Source: Promethearchaeati archaeon
Lineage (GTDB): Archaea > Asgardarchaeota > Heimdallarchaeia > Heimdallarchaeales > Heimdallarchaeaceae
DNA: 64,000 nt
Reading direction: 5' to 3'
NCBI GenBank assembly: GCA_013166775.1
Contig: JABLTJ010000004.1
Coordinates: 1 to 64,000 of the forward strand
This document shows positions 18,390 to 28,092 of the stretch, piece by piece. The first letter of the stretch is position 1. The number at the start of each line of letters is the position of its first letter. The translations under genes were made by a program, and so were the position numbers. The notes beneath the pieces were generated by a model. The model did no database searches. It was not told where the DNA came from and was given only the letters and a program-made list of their open reading frames with translations.

Positions 18390-19442
18390 ATGGTTGATCT
18401 GGCAGTTATTTATTCAGAATTATTCAGAAAGCATGAGATGGATAGAGCTCACCCTGAATCACCCGATAGAGTTGATTTTATAATGCAGGGGATTAAAGAG
18501 CTTCAAAATGAATTAAAAGAGCAAATCATCATTCATCAAGCTGAAACGATAGACGAAGAAGACATTCTTGCAGTTCATGTTCCAGATTTACTAACTACTA
18601 TACAAGCGATTTCAGAAGCTGGAGGGGGCATGATAACAGTTGATACAACACTTAACGAGCATACTTTTAATTTAGCAAAATTAGCTGCTGGCGCAACAAA
18701 ACAAGCTGCTAAACTTGTAGCTGAGAATCAAGCTAAAAGGAGCTTTGCTGTTGTTCGTCCCCCAGGTCATCACGCAGAGTCAAACTCTGCAGGAGGTTTT
18801 TGTTTTTTTAATAATATTGCAATTGCAGCAGAATGGTTAATTAATAGCATGGATTACAATAAAGTTTTGATTATTGATATTGATCTCCATTTTGGAAATG
18901 GGACATCTCACATATTTTACTATAGGAAAGATATCCTCTATGTTTCAATTCATGCTCATCCGATGTATTCTTACCCAGGCTCAGGTTATCCTACTGAAGT
19001 AGGAATTGTGGACGGATTAGGTTACAATATAAATATTCCATTGCTTCCAGGAACTCAAAGCTTAGATTGGTTGTATGCTCTACAATTTGCTTCTAGAATT
19101 GTCAATCAATATCAACCAGAGTTTATTTTAGTTTCTGCAGGTTTTGATGCTTTAGAGGGAGATCCTGTAGGTATCTTCAATCTTAAAGCTAATGCATTCT
19201 TCGGAGCAGGTTATTTGCTTAATGAGTTAGCTAAAGACCATTGTGATGGTAGAATATGTTGCACTTTGGAAGGGGGGTACAAAAAAGACCAACTAAAAGA
19301 AGTTAGTAAAAAATTCATTAAAGGACTACTAGGATACAAACCAGCAATTATCGATAAACTCAATGATTATGACGTAACTGATTACACAAAAAGCATTATA
19401 AAGCAAGTAAAAAATGCTCACAAAGGGTATTGGGAGTTTTAG
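18390..19442 (+). CDS. Histone deacetylase family (Zn-dependent deacetylase)
   Basis: HPE, RPPGHH, GFCFFNN, DIDLHFGNGT, SAGFD, LEGGY. Confidence 0.95.
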   Translation: MVDLAVIYSELFRKHEMDRAHPESPDRVDFIMQGIKELQNELKEQIIIHQAETIDEEDILAVHVPDLLTTIQAISEAGGGMITVDTTLNEHTFNLAKLAAGATKQAAKLVAENQAKRSFAVVRPPGHHAESNSAGGFCFFNNIAIAAEWLINSMDYNKVLIIDIDLHFGNGTSHIFYYRKDILYVSIHAHPMYSYPGSGYPTEVGIVDGLGYNINIPLLPGTQSLDWLYALQFASRIVNQYQPEFILVSAGFDALEGDPVGIFNLKANAFFGAGYLLNELAKDHCDGRICCTLEGGYKKDQLKEVSKKFIKGLLGYKPAIIDKLNDYDVTDYTKSIIKQVKNAHKGYWEF

Positions 19443-19503
19443 CTTGTATCTTTTGTATAATTTTAGGAATAATTTTTTAAATAACTAATTATTTTCTTTC
19501 CCT

Positions 19504-20895
19504 ATGTCTGAAGTTTTGGATGGTGTAGAAATAGAAACAAAAACATCAAAACTAAATGTTTTCAACTGGTCTATGTATGACCTAGCCAATACCATTTATT
19601 CCATGATTATTGTCAGTTTGATTATTAATAGGTATGTATTAGTAATTGGACAGATAGAATATAGCTTATCTTATGGTGATGCAAGTTTCGTTTTTGGTGT
19701 AGTTGTAGCTGTTATGCAGGTTGTCACTGCAATAGGAATGCCTATTATGGGTGCTTTAAGTGACACCATAGGAAAAAGAAAACCTTTTGTTATCTCTTTA
19801 ACAGGTGTTATCCTTCTCTTTGCAAGTCTTTTAGGTTTTTTCCACAACATATTTGTTGTTTTGATTTTGTATGTAATTGCAAACATGGCTTATCAATGGA
19901 GTCTTGCTTTTTATGATGCTATGCTACCTTTTATTGCTGCACCAAAAGATGTTGGAAAAGTAGGAGGGTTTGGTGTTGCATTTGGATATCTTGGAACTAT
20001 TATTTCTTTGCTGGTTATGTATCCTCTAATCTTAGTCTATGGAGATGTAATTAGTAAAGATCCAGATCCAGCTAACTTGGCTTATGGATACACAGGAGAA
20101 TGGTTTACTTTTGTAATTCCAATGGCTCTTTTCCTAGTTTTTGGAATTCCAATCTTTTTTGTTAAAGAAAGGCAGAAGAAGAAGACAGGCTTAAAAAAAC
20201 GGCATCTATTAAAAAACACATTTGTTCAGCTTGGAAGAACTTTTCGTGAAATAAGGAGTCACAGACAAATGTTCATTTTTGTTATTGGGTATTTCTTTGT
20301 TGTAGATGTTGCTAACGTGATAGTAGCATATATGACAGCTTTAGTTACAGACGCTTTACAGATAGAGGGATCTGGGATTTCTACTGATTTATTTGCAATA
20401 ATATTCATTATAATTGCAACAGTAGCAGCTGTTATATTCACATATTTCATAGGATTGTTTGCTGAGAAATATGGAGCTAAAAATGCTTTCTTCTTAGTTG
20501 GAGTATTGTGGGCTTTTGCTTTGGTATTGGGAATCATAGGAATATTCGTATGGGCACCAATAACTATTGGATTTAACTTCCCATTCATTATGATGATCGT
20601 AATGGGATGTTCAGCAGGAGTAGCATTAGGTGGAACATGGACAGCTCAAAGAGTCATGGTTACAGAGTTAGCTCCAAAAGAGAAATTTGGTGAATATTTT
20701 GGTTTTTCAAAACTAAGTGGTAAAGTTTCTTCAGCACTAGGACCTTTAATCTTTGGTGCAATTCTTAAAGCACTTGATCCAAAAATAGATTTCAAAGCAT
20801 ATGGAGTTGCAATGGCAGTTGTTGGAGGGATTATGGCTATTGGTCTCGTGATTATAGCTTTTGTTCGACCTGAAAAATCTGCGAAAAACTACTGA
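19504..20895 (+). CDS. MFS transporter, UMF1/Atg22 family
   Basis: WSMYDLAN, GALSD..GKRK, FYDAMLP, GEYFGF; about 12 TM helices. Confidence 0.9.
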   Translation: MSEVLDGVEIETKTSKLNVFNWSMYDLANTIYSMIIVSLIINRYVLVIGQIEYSLSYGDASFVFGVVVAVMQVVTAIGMPIMGALSDTIGKRKPFVISLTGVILLFASLLGFFHNIFVVLILYVIANMAYQWSLAFYDAMLPFIAAPKDVGKVGGFGVAFGYLGTIISLLVMYPLILVYGDVISKDPDPANLAYGYTGEWFTFVIPMALFLVFGIPIFFVKERQKKKTGLKKRHLLKNTFVQLGRTFREIRSHRQMFIFVIGYFFVVDVANVIVAYMTALVTDALQIEGSGISTDLFAIIFIIIATVAAVIFTYFIGLFAEKYGAKNAFFLVGVLWAFALVLGIIGIFVWAPITIGFNFPFIMMIVMGCSAGVALGGTWTAQRVMVTELAPKEKFGEYFGFSKLSGKVSSALGPLIFGAILKALDPKIDFKAYGVAMAVVGGIMAIGLVIIAFVRPEKSAKNY

Positions 20896-21099
20896 ATTAA
20901 TTTCTAATTAAATCGGGGGGAGAGTTATTTTTTTATCAATAACATTGATTAATGAAATCCCGGATTTATTCCTTTTCCTATCAAACTTGTCAATTCAAAT
21001 CAAATAACAAATTCCTAGACTTCTCCATAAGGATTCAATGACAAAAACATTAAGAAAACTAAATAAACTTCTGTTGTATATTTTTCTAAAACTCTAATT

Positions 21100-22503
21100 G
21101 TGTTTAAAATGAATTCAAATGAGAAAAATAATGAAGAAATGTGGGAGAGAATTGAGCAACGTATAGCAAAGATAATGCAAAAAGATAAGATTCCTGGTTT
21201 AAGTGTTGCAGTAGTTAAGGATCAGGAAATAATTTATTCTAAGAATTTTGGAGTAAGAAACCTTGCTAAAAATCAGCCAGTTACACACAATACTCTTTTT
21301 GGTATTGGTTCTTGTACAAAGGTTTTCACCTGTTTAGCAATAATGCAACTTGCTGAAAAAGGATTGTTATCTATTAATGATCCAGTGAAAAAATACTTAC
21401 CATTTAAGATAGGTATTGAAGACAAACCAGTGCAAATTCGTCATCTGATGTCTCATTCCTCTGGAATACCTAATTTAGGTTCAGCAACTGTTTTGATTTT
21501 AAGACATGCTCCATTGTTTGAGACTTGGATTCCTTTTGCAACAAAAGAAGATATGTACCTTTTAGTTAATGGAGCACAAGAAGAGATTGTTGACGAACCT
21601 GGAGAAAGATATTTCTACCTCAACACTGGATATACTTTATTAGGAGAGATCATAGAAACAGTCAGCGGTTTATCATATGAGGATTATATAGAGGAAAATA
21701 TCTTAAAACCACTCAAAATGTCTAGATCAACATTCCTTCAAGAAAAATTTGATAAAGACGAAGATAGAATGACAGCTTATATCCAAGAAAAGGATAAACC
21801 CATTGAAAAAAATCACCCATTTGATCAGTTAATCTATGCAGCTGGAGGATTGTTAAGTTCAGCAAACGAAATGGCAAATTTTCTTGCTATGATGCTTAAC
21901 GAAGGAAGATATGAAAATAGCCAGATAATAAGTACAGAATCTCTTGAAGAAATGTTCTCAATTCAAATAGACGTTCCTCCCAATTTTTATGGACGAAATG
22001 GTTATGCTTTTGGTTTAGGAATATCTGAGGATTTCCTTGGTAAGAAGTTAATTGGTCATAGTGGATCAACTGGTATGTCAAGTGCATATTTTTGTTTCAT
22101 ACCTGAACTTAATTGTGGTGTTGTAACGATGGCAAACGCCGGAAATATTCCAGGAAGTTTAGTTGGTCATTCAATACTAAGTTCTCTAATGGGAAAAGAT
22201 CATGAAGAAACAGTACCTTTCTTTCAAATTCAAGCTAAAATGGAACAATTTTCTGGAGAATATGTTAATTATAAAGGAATAAATAAAGTTAAAATATATA
22301 TCGAAAATGGCTTATTATTCTATGAATCGAAATTCGGTGAAACTCTAAACAAAGTTGCACTTATCCCTGAAGATGCGAAATTAGCTGATAATAGATTCTA
22401 CATTTACAGTTTCGGATACAAAACTCCTGTGACTTTTGAAATAAAAGAAAATAATGAGATTGATCTTTTTATTGAAAGGAACTGTTTCCACAAAATAAAA
22501 TAA
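21100..22503 (+). CDS. Serine hydrolase, beta-lactamase class C/peptidase S12 family
   Basis: SCTK (SxxK), YLN (YxN), HSG, LMSHSSG. Confidence 0.92.
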   Translation: MFKMNSNEKNNEEMWERIEQRIAKIMQKDKIPGLSVAVVKDQEIIYSKNFGVRNLAKNQPVTHNTLFGIGSCTKVFTCLAIMQLAEKGLLSINDPVKKYLPFKIGIEDKPVQIRHLMSHSSGIPNLGSATVLILRHAPLFETWIPFATKEDMYLLVNGAQEEIVDEPGERYFYLNTGYTLLGEIIETVSGLSYEDYIEENILKPLKMSRSTFLQEKFDKDEDRMTAYIQEKDKPIEKNHPFDQLIYAAGGLLSSANEMANFLAMMLNEGRYENSQIISTESLEEMFSIQIDVPPNFYGRNGYAFGLGISEDFLGKKLIGHSGSTGMSSAYFCFIPELNCGVVTMANAGNIPGSLVGHSILSSLMGKDHEETVPFFQIQAKMEQFSGEYVNYKGINKVKIYIENGLLFYESKFGETLNKVALIPEDAKLADNRFYIYSFGYKTPVTFEIKENNEIDLFIERNCFHKIK

Positions 22504-22604
22504 ATCCCTCTTTCTTTTTTCTATTTTTTGATTTTGTAATAAAACTAGTTTCATTTCAAATACCAATGATAAGAGTTTTAATTTTGGAATTTCTTGATTA
22601 GCTG

Positions 22605-23492
22605 ATGTCTGTTAAAACTAATCCTTCAACAGATGTGTTTGGCGAAGTTTGTAAAAAGATAGTAGGTCGTACGAAAGAGATTCGTTTAATGATACGTGCA
22701 GTGGAAAGGGGATTACCAATCATTATTGAGGGACCTGTAGGAACTGGAAAAACGGAAATGGCTAAAGCTTTATCTCTAAGCCTTGATCTCCCTTTTGTAC
22801 GTGTAGATGGTGATGATAGCCTAACATCAATTAAGTTAAAAGGTTGGTATGATCCACCCTTAGTCTTAGAGAAAGGATTCTCAAGAGAAACATTCATTCC
22901 TGGTCCTTTAACACAAGCAATGGAAGATGGAGGAATCTTTTTCTATAATGAAGTTAACAGAGCTCCATCTGAGACTATTAATGCTGTTTTGACAGCTCTG
23001 GATGAAAGACTTGTTACAATACCACAATTAGGAGAAATCGTCGCTAAAGAGAATTTCTTGACAATCTTCACATACAATCCTCAAGATACAGTTGCAACAA
23101 ACCCTTTACCTAGAGCATTCTATGATAGATGCATCTGGATTCATGTTTCTCATCAATCACTTGAAGAGATGATAGAAATTGTAAAAATGAGAACAAGTTA
23201 TGATGATAGTTTGCTAAATGAAATCTCATGTACAGTGGTTCAAGCAACTTTAAATCACCCTGAACTAGAAATGAGCTCTACAGTACGAGGAGCAATTCAA
23301 CTTGTAGAACTTTTCAAGGAAGGTGAAATAATCGAAGAAGATATTCTTTTAGAAAGAGCTATTGCTGTGCATTCTCGTAAAATCAGATGTAAAACAACTA
23401 CAAAGAAAACTGAAATCCAAATTATAGAGGAAATCGTATCGAAAGTATTAGCAAATTATGAAGATGAAAGAATAATACGAAAAAAAGAATAG
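22605..23492 (+). CDS. MoxR-family AAA+ ATPase
   Basis: Walker A GPVGTGKT, FIPGPL, Walker B variant FFYNEVNRA, LPRAFYDRC. Confidence 0.9.
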   Translation: MSVKTNPSTDVFGEVCKKIVGRTKEIRLMIRAVERGLPIIIEGPVGTGKTEMAKALSLSLDLPFVRVDGDDSLTSIKLKGWYDPPLVLEKGFSRETFIPGPLTQAMEDGGIFFYNEVNRAPSETINAVLTALDERLVTIPQLGEIVAKENFLTIFTYNPQDTVATNPLPRAFYDRCIWIHVSHQSLEEMIEIVKMRTSYDDSLLNEISCTVVQATLNHPELEMSSTVRGAIQLVELFKEGEIIEEDILLERAIAVHSRKIRCKTTTKKTEIQIIEEIVSKVLANYEDERIIRKKE

Positions 23493-23545
23493 ATGGTGAT
23501 CCTAAAACAATTTTCTTTGGAGATGAACCATTTCCAACCTATCCA

Positions 23546-24520
23546 TTGAAACATACTAGTCAGATGCTTATTACTGAGATTCAGTTAGAATTAGGAAAAC
23601 ATCAAGAAGATGTTACAAAAATTGTTGAATTAGCTGAACAAGCAGCAGAGGATAGCAACCTAGAAGGATTAAAACTAATAGCAACAAACTATCCGTTAAT
23701 TGTTGCAAGATTACTTAATCAGATGGAACTAACAGATATAATAATGAATCAACTTGAGGGAGAAGAACTAATACAATTATATTCCAGAACAAAAAAACAC
23801 CTTAATTTCCAGTTAAGAAAAAAGATGCTAGATAAGCTTATTCCCTTTATTACTGAAAAAGCTAAATCAATATATCGTAGAGGTATTTCAGCTTCTGTTT
23901 CTAAATATGTTTCATATCAGCCAGGAGATACTTGGGAAACTGAAATGACTATCGAAAAAATGTTGAGTACAGGGAAAACTATTCCTGATTATGAGAGTAT
24001 AGTAGTGAAAGAACCTACAAAGAGAAAAAGAAGTATGGTAATCTGTATTGATAAGAGTTTAAGCGTTTTACAGCTGATTCACCAGATTGTTCTTTTGTCT
24101 TCTGTATTATCGCTCTCTGTTAAGAAAGACAATCTTGCAATAATAGATTTTGACTCTTCTGCACACATTCTAAAAGCTATGAATGAGAGGTTACATCCAG
24201 AATCTATAATTGAATTAATTTTGAATATAGAAAGTAGCGGAAAAACTAATCTTGAGGAAGCATTGACATTAGCACAGCAGCAGTTAATGCAAAGTTCTTC
24301 GAAAGATAAGATAGTATATTTGATTAGTGATCTTGAGAGAACTACAGGGAGAAATCCACTTCCAATAATTACTAGAATATCAAACCTTCGAGTAATTTAT
24401 GCCAAGACCTATAGAAGAGTCTCCTTCGTTGATGATGTGATCTCGCTTCCGAATGTTTCAATGGAAGAATTAAATCGAGATAGTGATTTAGTGGAATTAA
24501 CATCCAGATTAATTATTTAG
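23546..24520 (+). CDS. von Willebrand factor A domain protein (CoxE-like MoxR partner)
   Basis: MIDAS DKSLS, GKTNLEEAL, LISD. The frame is open from 23468 (see findings). Confidence 0.88.
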   Translation: MKHTSQMLITEIQLELGKHQEDVTKIVELAEQAAEDSNLEGLKLIATNYPLIVARLLNQMELTDIIMNQLEGEELIQLYSRTKKHLNFQLRKKMLDKLIPFITEKAKSIYRRGISASVSKYVSYQPGDTWETEMTIEKMLSTGKTIPDYESIVVKEPTKRKRSMVICIDKSLSVLQLIHQIVLLSSVLSLSVKKDNLAIIDFDSSAHILKAMNERLHPESIIELILNIESSGKTNLEEALTLAQQQLMQSSSKDKIVYLISDLERTTGRNPLPIITRISNLRVIYAKTYRRVSFVDDVISLPNVSMEELNRDSDLVELTSRLII

Positions 24521-25882
24521 TTCTTCTTCTTTTGATTTTTTCTTCTTACCCATTCTGGTAAACAATATTTGATCAGTCACAATTAAAAGTAAACCAAAAC
24601 CATCTAGTATTCCCCCTTGCACTAGAGCTGGTTTTCTATAAATTATGTAATTCAAGGTACAACTTACATCATAGATAAATGATTCAGATGTATTCCATTC
24701 ATCTATAACTGAAACAAAATAGACTGAAGTTTCCGTTTCCGTTTCATTAAGTGTTATAGTTAATCCATCTGAATTCTCGCTACCAACAAGTCTAGTATGG
24801 TAATAACTTCTTGCTTTCACTTTATCTACTTCATTAATGTATTCTGAAATCAAATATTGGTAAGTGATATTTCCATCATAATAATTGAGCGTTAAGTTAT
24901 CGAAGTTCTCAAAGAATTCAACAAACGTGTCATTAGGAGTTAACATTACTGAGGTACTATAAGTAACAATTCCGATTTGGCTTTCATAAATTATCTCTGT
25001 TGTTGTCATCGGTTTATGCGTAAGAGCTATTCCTAGAGTTGGATCAAAAAGCGTTAACGAATTTCTATATTCAGAATCAATTTCATATGTAATTAATCTC
25101 TGTTTCCCAATAGATGGTCCAAGTAACAATCCTAGAAAAACAATAAACAATCCCAAAAGCGTTAATTGTCTTTTTAATTTATTCCAGAAAATCTGGCAAT
25201 AGTTATGGAATTTTCTTTCCTTTTTCTCCGTTTTTTTCTTATTTTTTCTAACAAAAACTGGAAGAAAAATTATCACAATCCAAACAATAAATACCAAAAT
25301 ATGAAGTGTTATCTGTTCAATAGAATAATTGAAGTATTGACCATATATCGCTTCCCTTTCTTGTTGGCTTAAATTTGTTAAGAATATTCCCTGCCCTTCT
25401 GTTGCAGAATAGATTGTCCAATTAGGAATTAATCCAACAAAAGATAAAGGAAAGAATAGCCAGGGTTTGTTTTCGAATCGGAGAGTAACTGTGAGATCAT
25501 ACAGATTTGTATCTATTGGCCAGAATAGCTGTATAGGTCCCCAGCTCAAATCAAGGAATATATGAAGAATCCACATAATTGAAGCAAGTTTCAGAAAACG
25601 TGTGAGTCTTTTTGATGGTGATTCAGGACTGTCTATCTCATTTGTAAACTTCCCAGCAATAATCATGCTCAGTAAAACAAAAGTAGGTATAATCAGACTG
25701 TGAGTTCCCGTTCTATGATAACCAAATAAAATATCTAAATCCGAGAATACAGCAAAGAGATTGATTATGATAAATTCCCATCTATGTTCTCTATAATAGG
25801 ATTTATTCTTTTTTGATAATAATAACCATACAATTAAGCCTTCTAAAGAGAAATGTGTTAAAGTGTTAACCATGATATTCAC
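24509..25882 (-). CDS. Membrane-bound metal-dependent hydrolase (YdjM-like) with large C-terminal extension
   Basis: TH, SDLD, HRTGTHS, HIFLD, LFWP motifs; multiple TM helices. Confidence 0.8.
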   Translation of the reverse strand: MNIMVNTLTHFSLEGLIVWLLLSKKNKSYYREHRWEFIIINLFAVFSDLDILFGYHRTGTHSLIIPTFVLLSMIIAGKFTNEIDSPESPSKRLTRFLKLASIMWILHIFLDLSWGPIQLFWPIDTNLYDLTVTLRFENKPWLFFPLSFVGLIPNWTIYSATEGQGIFLTNLSQQEREAIYGQYFNYSIEQITLHILVFIVWIVIIFLPVFVRKNKKKTEKKERKFHNYCQIFWNKLKRQLTLLGLFIVFLGLLLGPSIGKQRLITYEIDSEYRNSLTLFDPTLGIALTHKPMTTTEIIYESQIGIVTYSTSVMLTPNDTFVEFFENFDNLTLNYYDGNITYQYLISEYINEVDKVKARSYYHTRLVGSENSDGLTITLNETETETSVYFVSVIDEWNTSESFIYDVSCTLNYIIYRKPALVQGGILDGFGLLLIVTDQILFTRMGKKKKSKEEELNN

Positions 25883-26023
25883 TCCTTTACTTAAGAATAC
25901 TATTACTTAATTTATTTAGTAGTTTTTATACTAACAAATCTATTTATCTATTGATAACTAAGAGTAAGTAACACTTATTACTACAATTTAAAAATGGAAT
26001 GTATAGTATTAAGGTAAGATAAA

Positions 26024-28087
26024 ATGCACATTGATATGCAATCATCTCCTAATGAACGTTTTAAAGAATTCTACCAAGGATATCAGGACGAAACAGGTAG
26101 ACACATCTATGTTGAACAAGTCCAAAAGATGTCTCTTGAAGGTCTTACATCTCTTATTGTTAATTATGATGATTTATTGAGATATGATCCAGAGTTAGCT
26201 CGGTTACTAAGAGAAAATCCAGAAGAAACCATGAAAGCTGCTGACGATGCATTATTCGAAGTAATGAAAATTGAAGATCCCATGTATGCAGCTAGCGATG
26301 AGATCTTTCATGCGCGTTTCTCTAACATACCAGATGTTATTGACTTAAGACAACTACGTTCAGTACATCTTGGTAATCTTATATCAGTTGAAGGAATTGT
26401 CATTCGACAAAGTGTTGTTAAACCTCTACTTGTCCAAGGAGTTTTTCAGTGTGCACACTGTGGTGAAGCAATATACATAAACCAAGAGGCTGGTATTTAC
26501 AAAGAACCTTCAAGATGCATTAATCCTAATTGTGGGAAGAAAGGTCCTTTCAATTTACTCACTGAGGAATCCACTTATACTGATCATCAGACAATTACAG
26601 TTCAAGAAAAACCTGAAACCCTTCCACCAGGGCAAATACCTAGAAACGTTCCTGCGAGACTGCTAGGAGATTTAGTTGATGAAGTAAGAGCAGGAGATAG
26701 AGCAACTGTCTCTGGGATATTAAGAATGCGAAGAAAAAAAGGTCAACAGAGATCAGATCTTGCTACTTTTGATCCTTGGTTGGAAGTCAATTTCGTTTCA
26801 TCACTTCAAAAGGAATATATGGAAATCGATATTGATCCTGAAACTGAACAGCAGATTATTGAGCTTTCACAGGATCTAAATATTCATAGGCGAATAATTC
26901 GATCTGTTGCACCCTCTATTTATGGTATGGAAATAATCAAAGAAGCATTGGCAACTGTGCTCTTCGGTGGTGTTAATAGAGTTACTCCTGATGGTATGAA
27001 ACAGAGAGGAGATTCAAATATACTCCTAATTGGAGATCCAGGAGTAGCTAAAAGTCAATTATTACAGTTTATTAAAATGCTTGCTCCCAGAGGATTGCTA
27101 ACATCAGGAAAGGCTAGTTCGGCAGCAGGGTTAACTGCAGCAGTTGTGAGGGATTCAGAAACGGGAGAATTTGGTTTAGAAGCAGGAGCACTAGTACTTG
27201 CAGATAGAGGAGTCTGTATGATAGATGAATTTGATAAGATGAATCCAGTAGATAGATCATCAATTCATGAAGCGATGGAACAGCAAGTCATAAGTATAGC
27301 AAAAGCAGGTATCGTAGCTACACTTAATGCTCGAACAGCAATAATTGCTGCTGCTAATCCACGTTTTGGGAGATATGAAGATTCACGTCCTCCAGCAGAC
27401 AATATAAATCTTCCAGCAACAATCCTTTCCAGATTCGATCTAATATTCGTTATCCGAGATGAACCTAATCCTGAAATTGATAAGAAGATGGCTAGACATA
27501 TTCTTGAACTACGGAGAGGACATGTAATTGAGGAAACAGAGCCCGTTATAGCGATGGATCTTTTACGTAAATATATCAGCTACTCCAAGCAAACCCTTCA
27601 ACCTTCACTTACAGATGAAGCATTGGAAAGAATAGAAGAATATTATCTAGGATTAAGAAAAGAGTCAGATTCTTCTGCTGCAATTGCAATCACTCCCAGA
27701 TATCTAGAAGCAATTATTCGTTTATCTGAATCTCAAGCAAGGATGGCTTTGAAAGAAGAAGTAAATATAGACCATGTTGAAGCTGCAATCAACTTACTCC
27801 GAACATCTCTTGAGCAGGTAGGTAAGGATCCTGTCACTGGAAGGGTTGACATTGATTATTTACTCTCAGGAACTACAAAGAGTTCCAGATCAAAACTTCA
27901 AATCCTTATTGACATTATTCAAGAAGAATCTAGAAAAGGATCTTCAGATATGGTAGCCATAGGTAGAATTAAAGAGCTGGCAAAAGAGCAAAACATTGAA
28001 GATGATTTTGTGGATAGAGCTATTAATCAACTAAGGAGTAATGGTGAAATATTCTCGCCCAGAGAAGGCTTTGTTAAATTAGCTTAA
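26024..28087 (+). CDS. mcm: Replicative MCM helicase
   Basis: Zn finger CAHC/CINPNC, GDPGVAKS, AAGLTAAV, IDEFDKM, AAANP, SRFD, C-terminal winged helix. Confidence 0.98.
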   Translation: MHIDMQSSPNERFKEFYQGYQDETGRHIYVEQVQKMSLEGLTSLIVNYDDLLRYDPELARLLRENPEETMKAADDALFEVMKIEDPMYAASDEIFHARFSNIPDVIDLRQLRSVHLGNLISVEGIVIRQSVVKPLLVQGVFQCAHCGEAIYINQEAGIYKEPSRCINPNCGKKGPFNLLTEESTYTDHQTITVQEKPETLPPGQIPRNVPARLLGDLVDEVRAGDRATVSGILRMRRKKGQQRSDLATFDPWLEVNFVSSLQKEYMEIDIDPETEQQIIELSQDLNIHRRIIRSVAPSIYGMEIIKEALATVLFGGVNRVTPDGMKQRGDSNILLIGDPGVAKSQLLQFIKMLAPRGLLTSGKASSAAGLTAAVVRDSETGEFGLEAGALVLADRGVCMIDEFDKMNPVDRSSIHEAMEQQVISIAKAGIVATLNARTAIIAAANPRFGRYEDSRPPADNINLPATILSRFDLIFVIRDEPNPEIDKKMARHILELRRGHVIEETEPVIAMDLLRKYISYSKQTLQPSLTDEALERIEEYYLGLRKESDSSAAIAITPRYLEAIIRLSESQARMALKEEVNIDHVEAAINLLRTSLEQVGKDPVTGRVDIDYLLSGTTKSSRSKLQILIDIIQEESRKGSSDMVAIGRIKELAKEQNIEDDFVDRAINQLRSNGEIFSPREGFVKLA

Positions 28088-28092
28088 CCCCG

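Noticed and set aside
20905-20970. G6 run and imperfect inverted repeat after the MFS gene
   Set aside because: Pairing is weak and it could be a simple terminator region; no supporting ORF or promoter geometry.
25883-26023. Replication origin next to mcm
   Set aside because: Short AT-rich divergent promoter region; no ORB-like repeats and no orc1/cdc6 gene.
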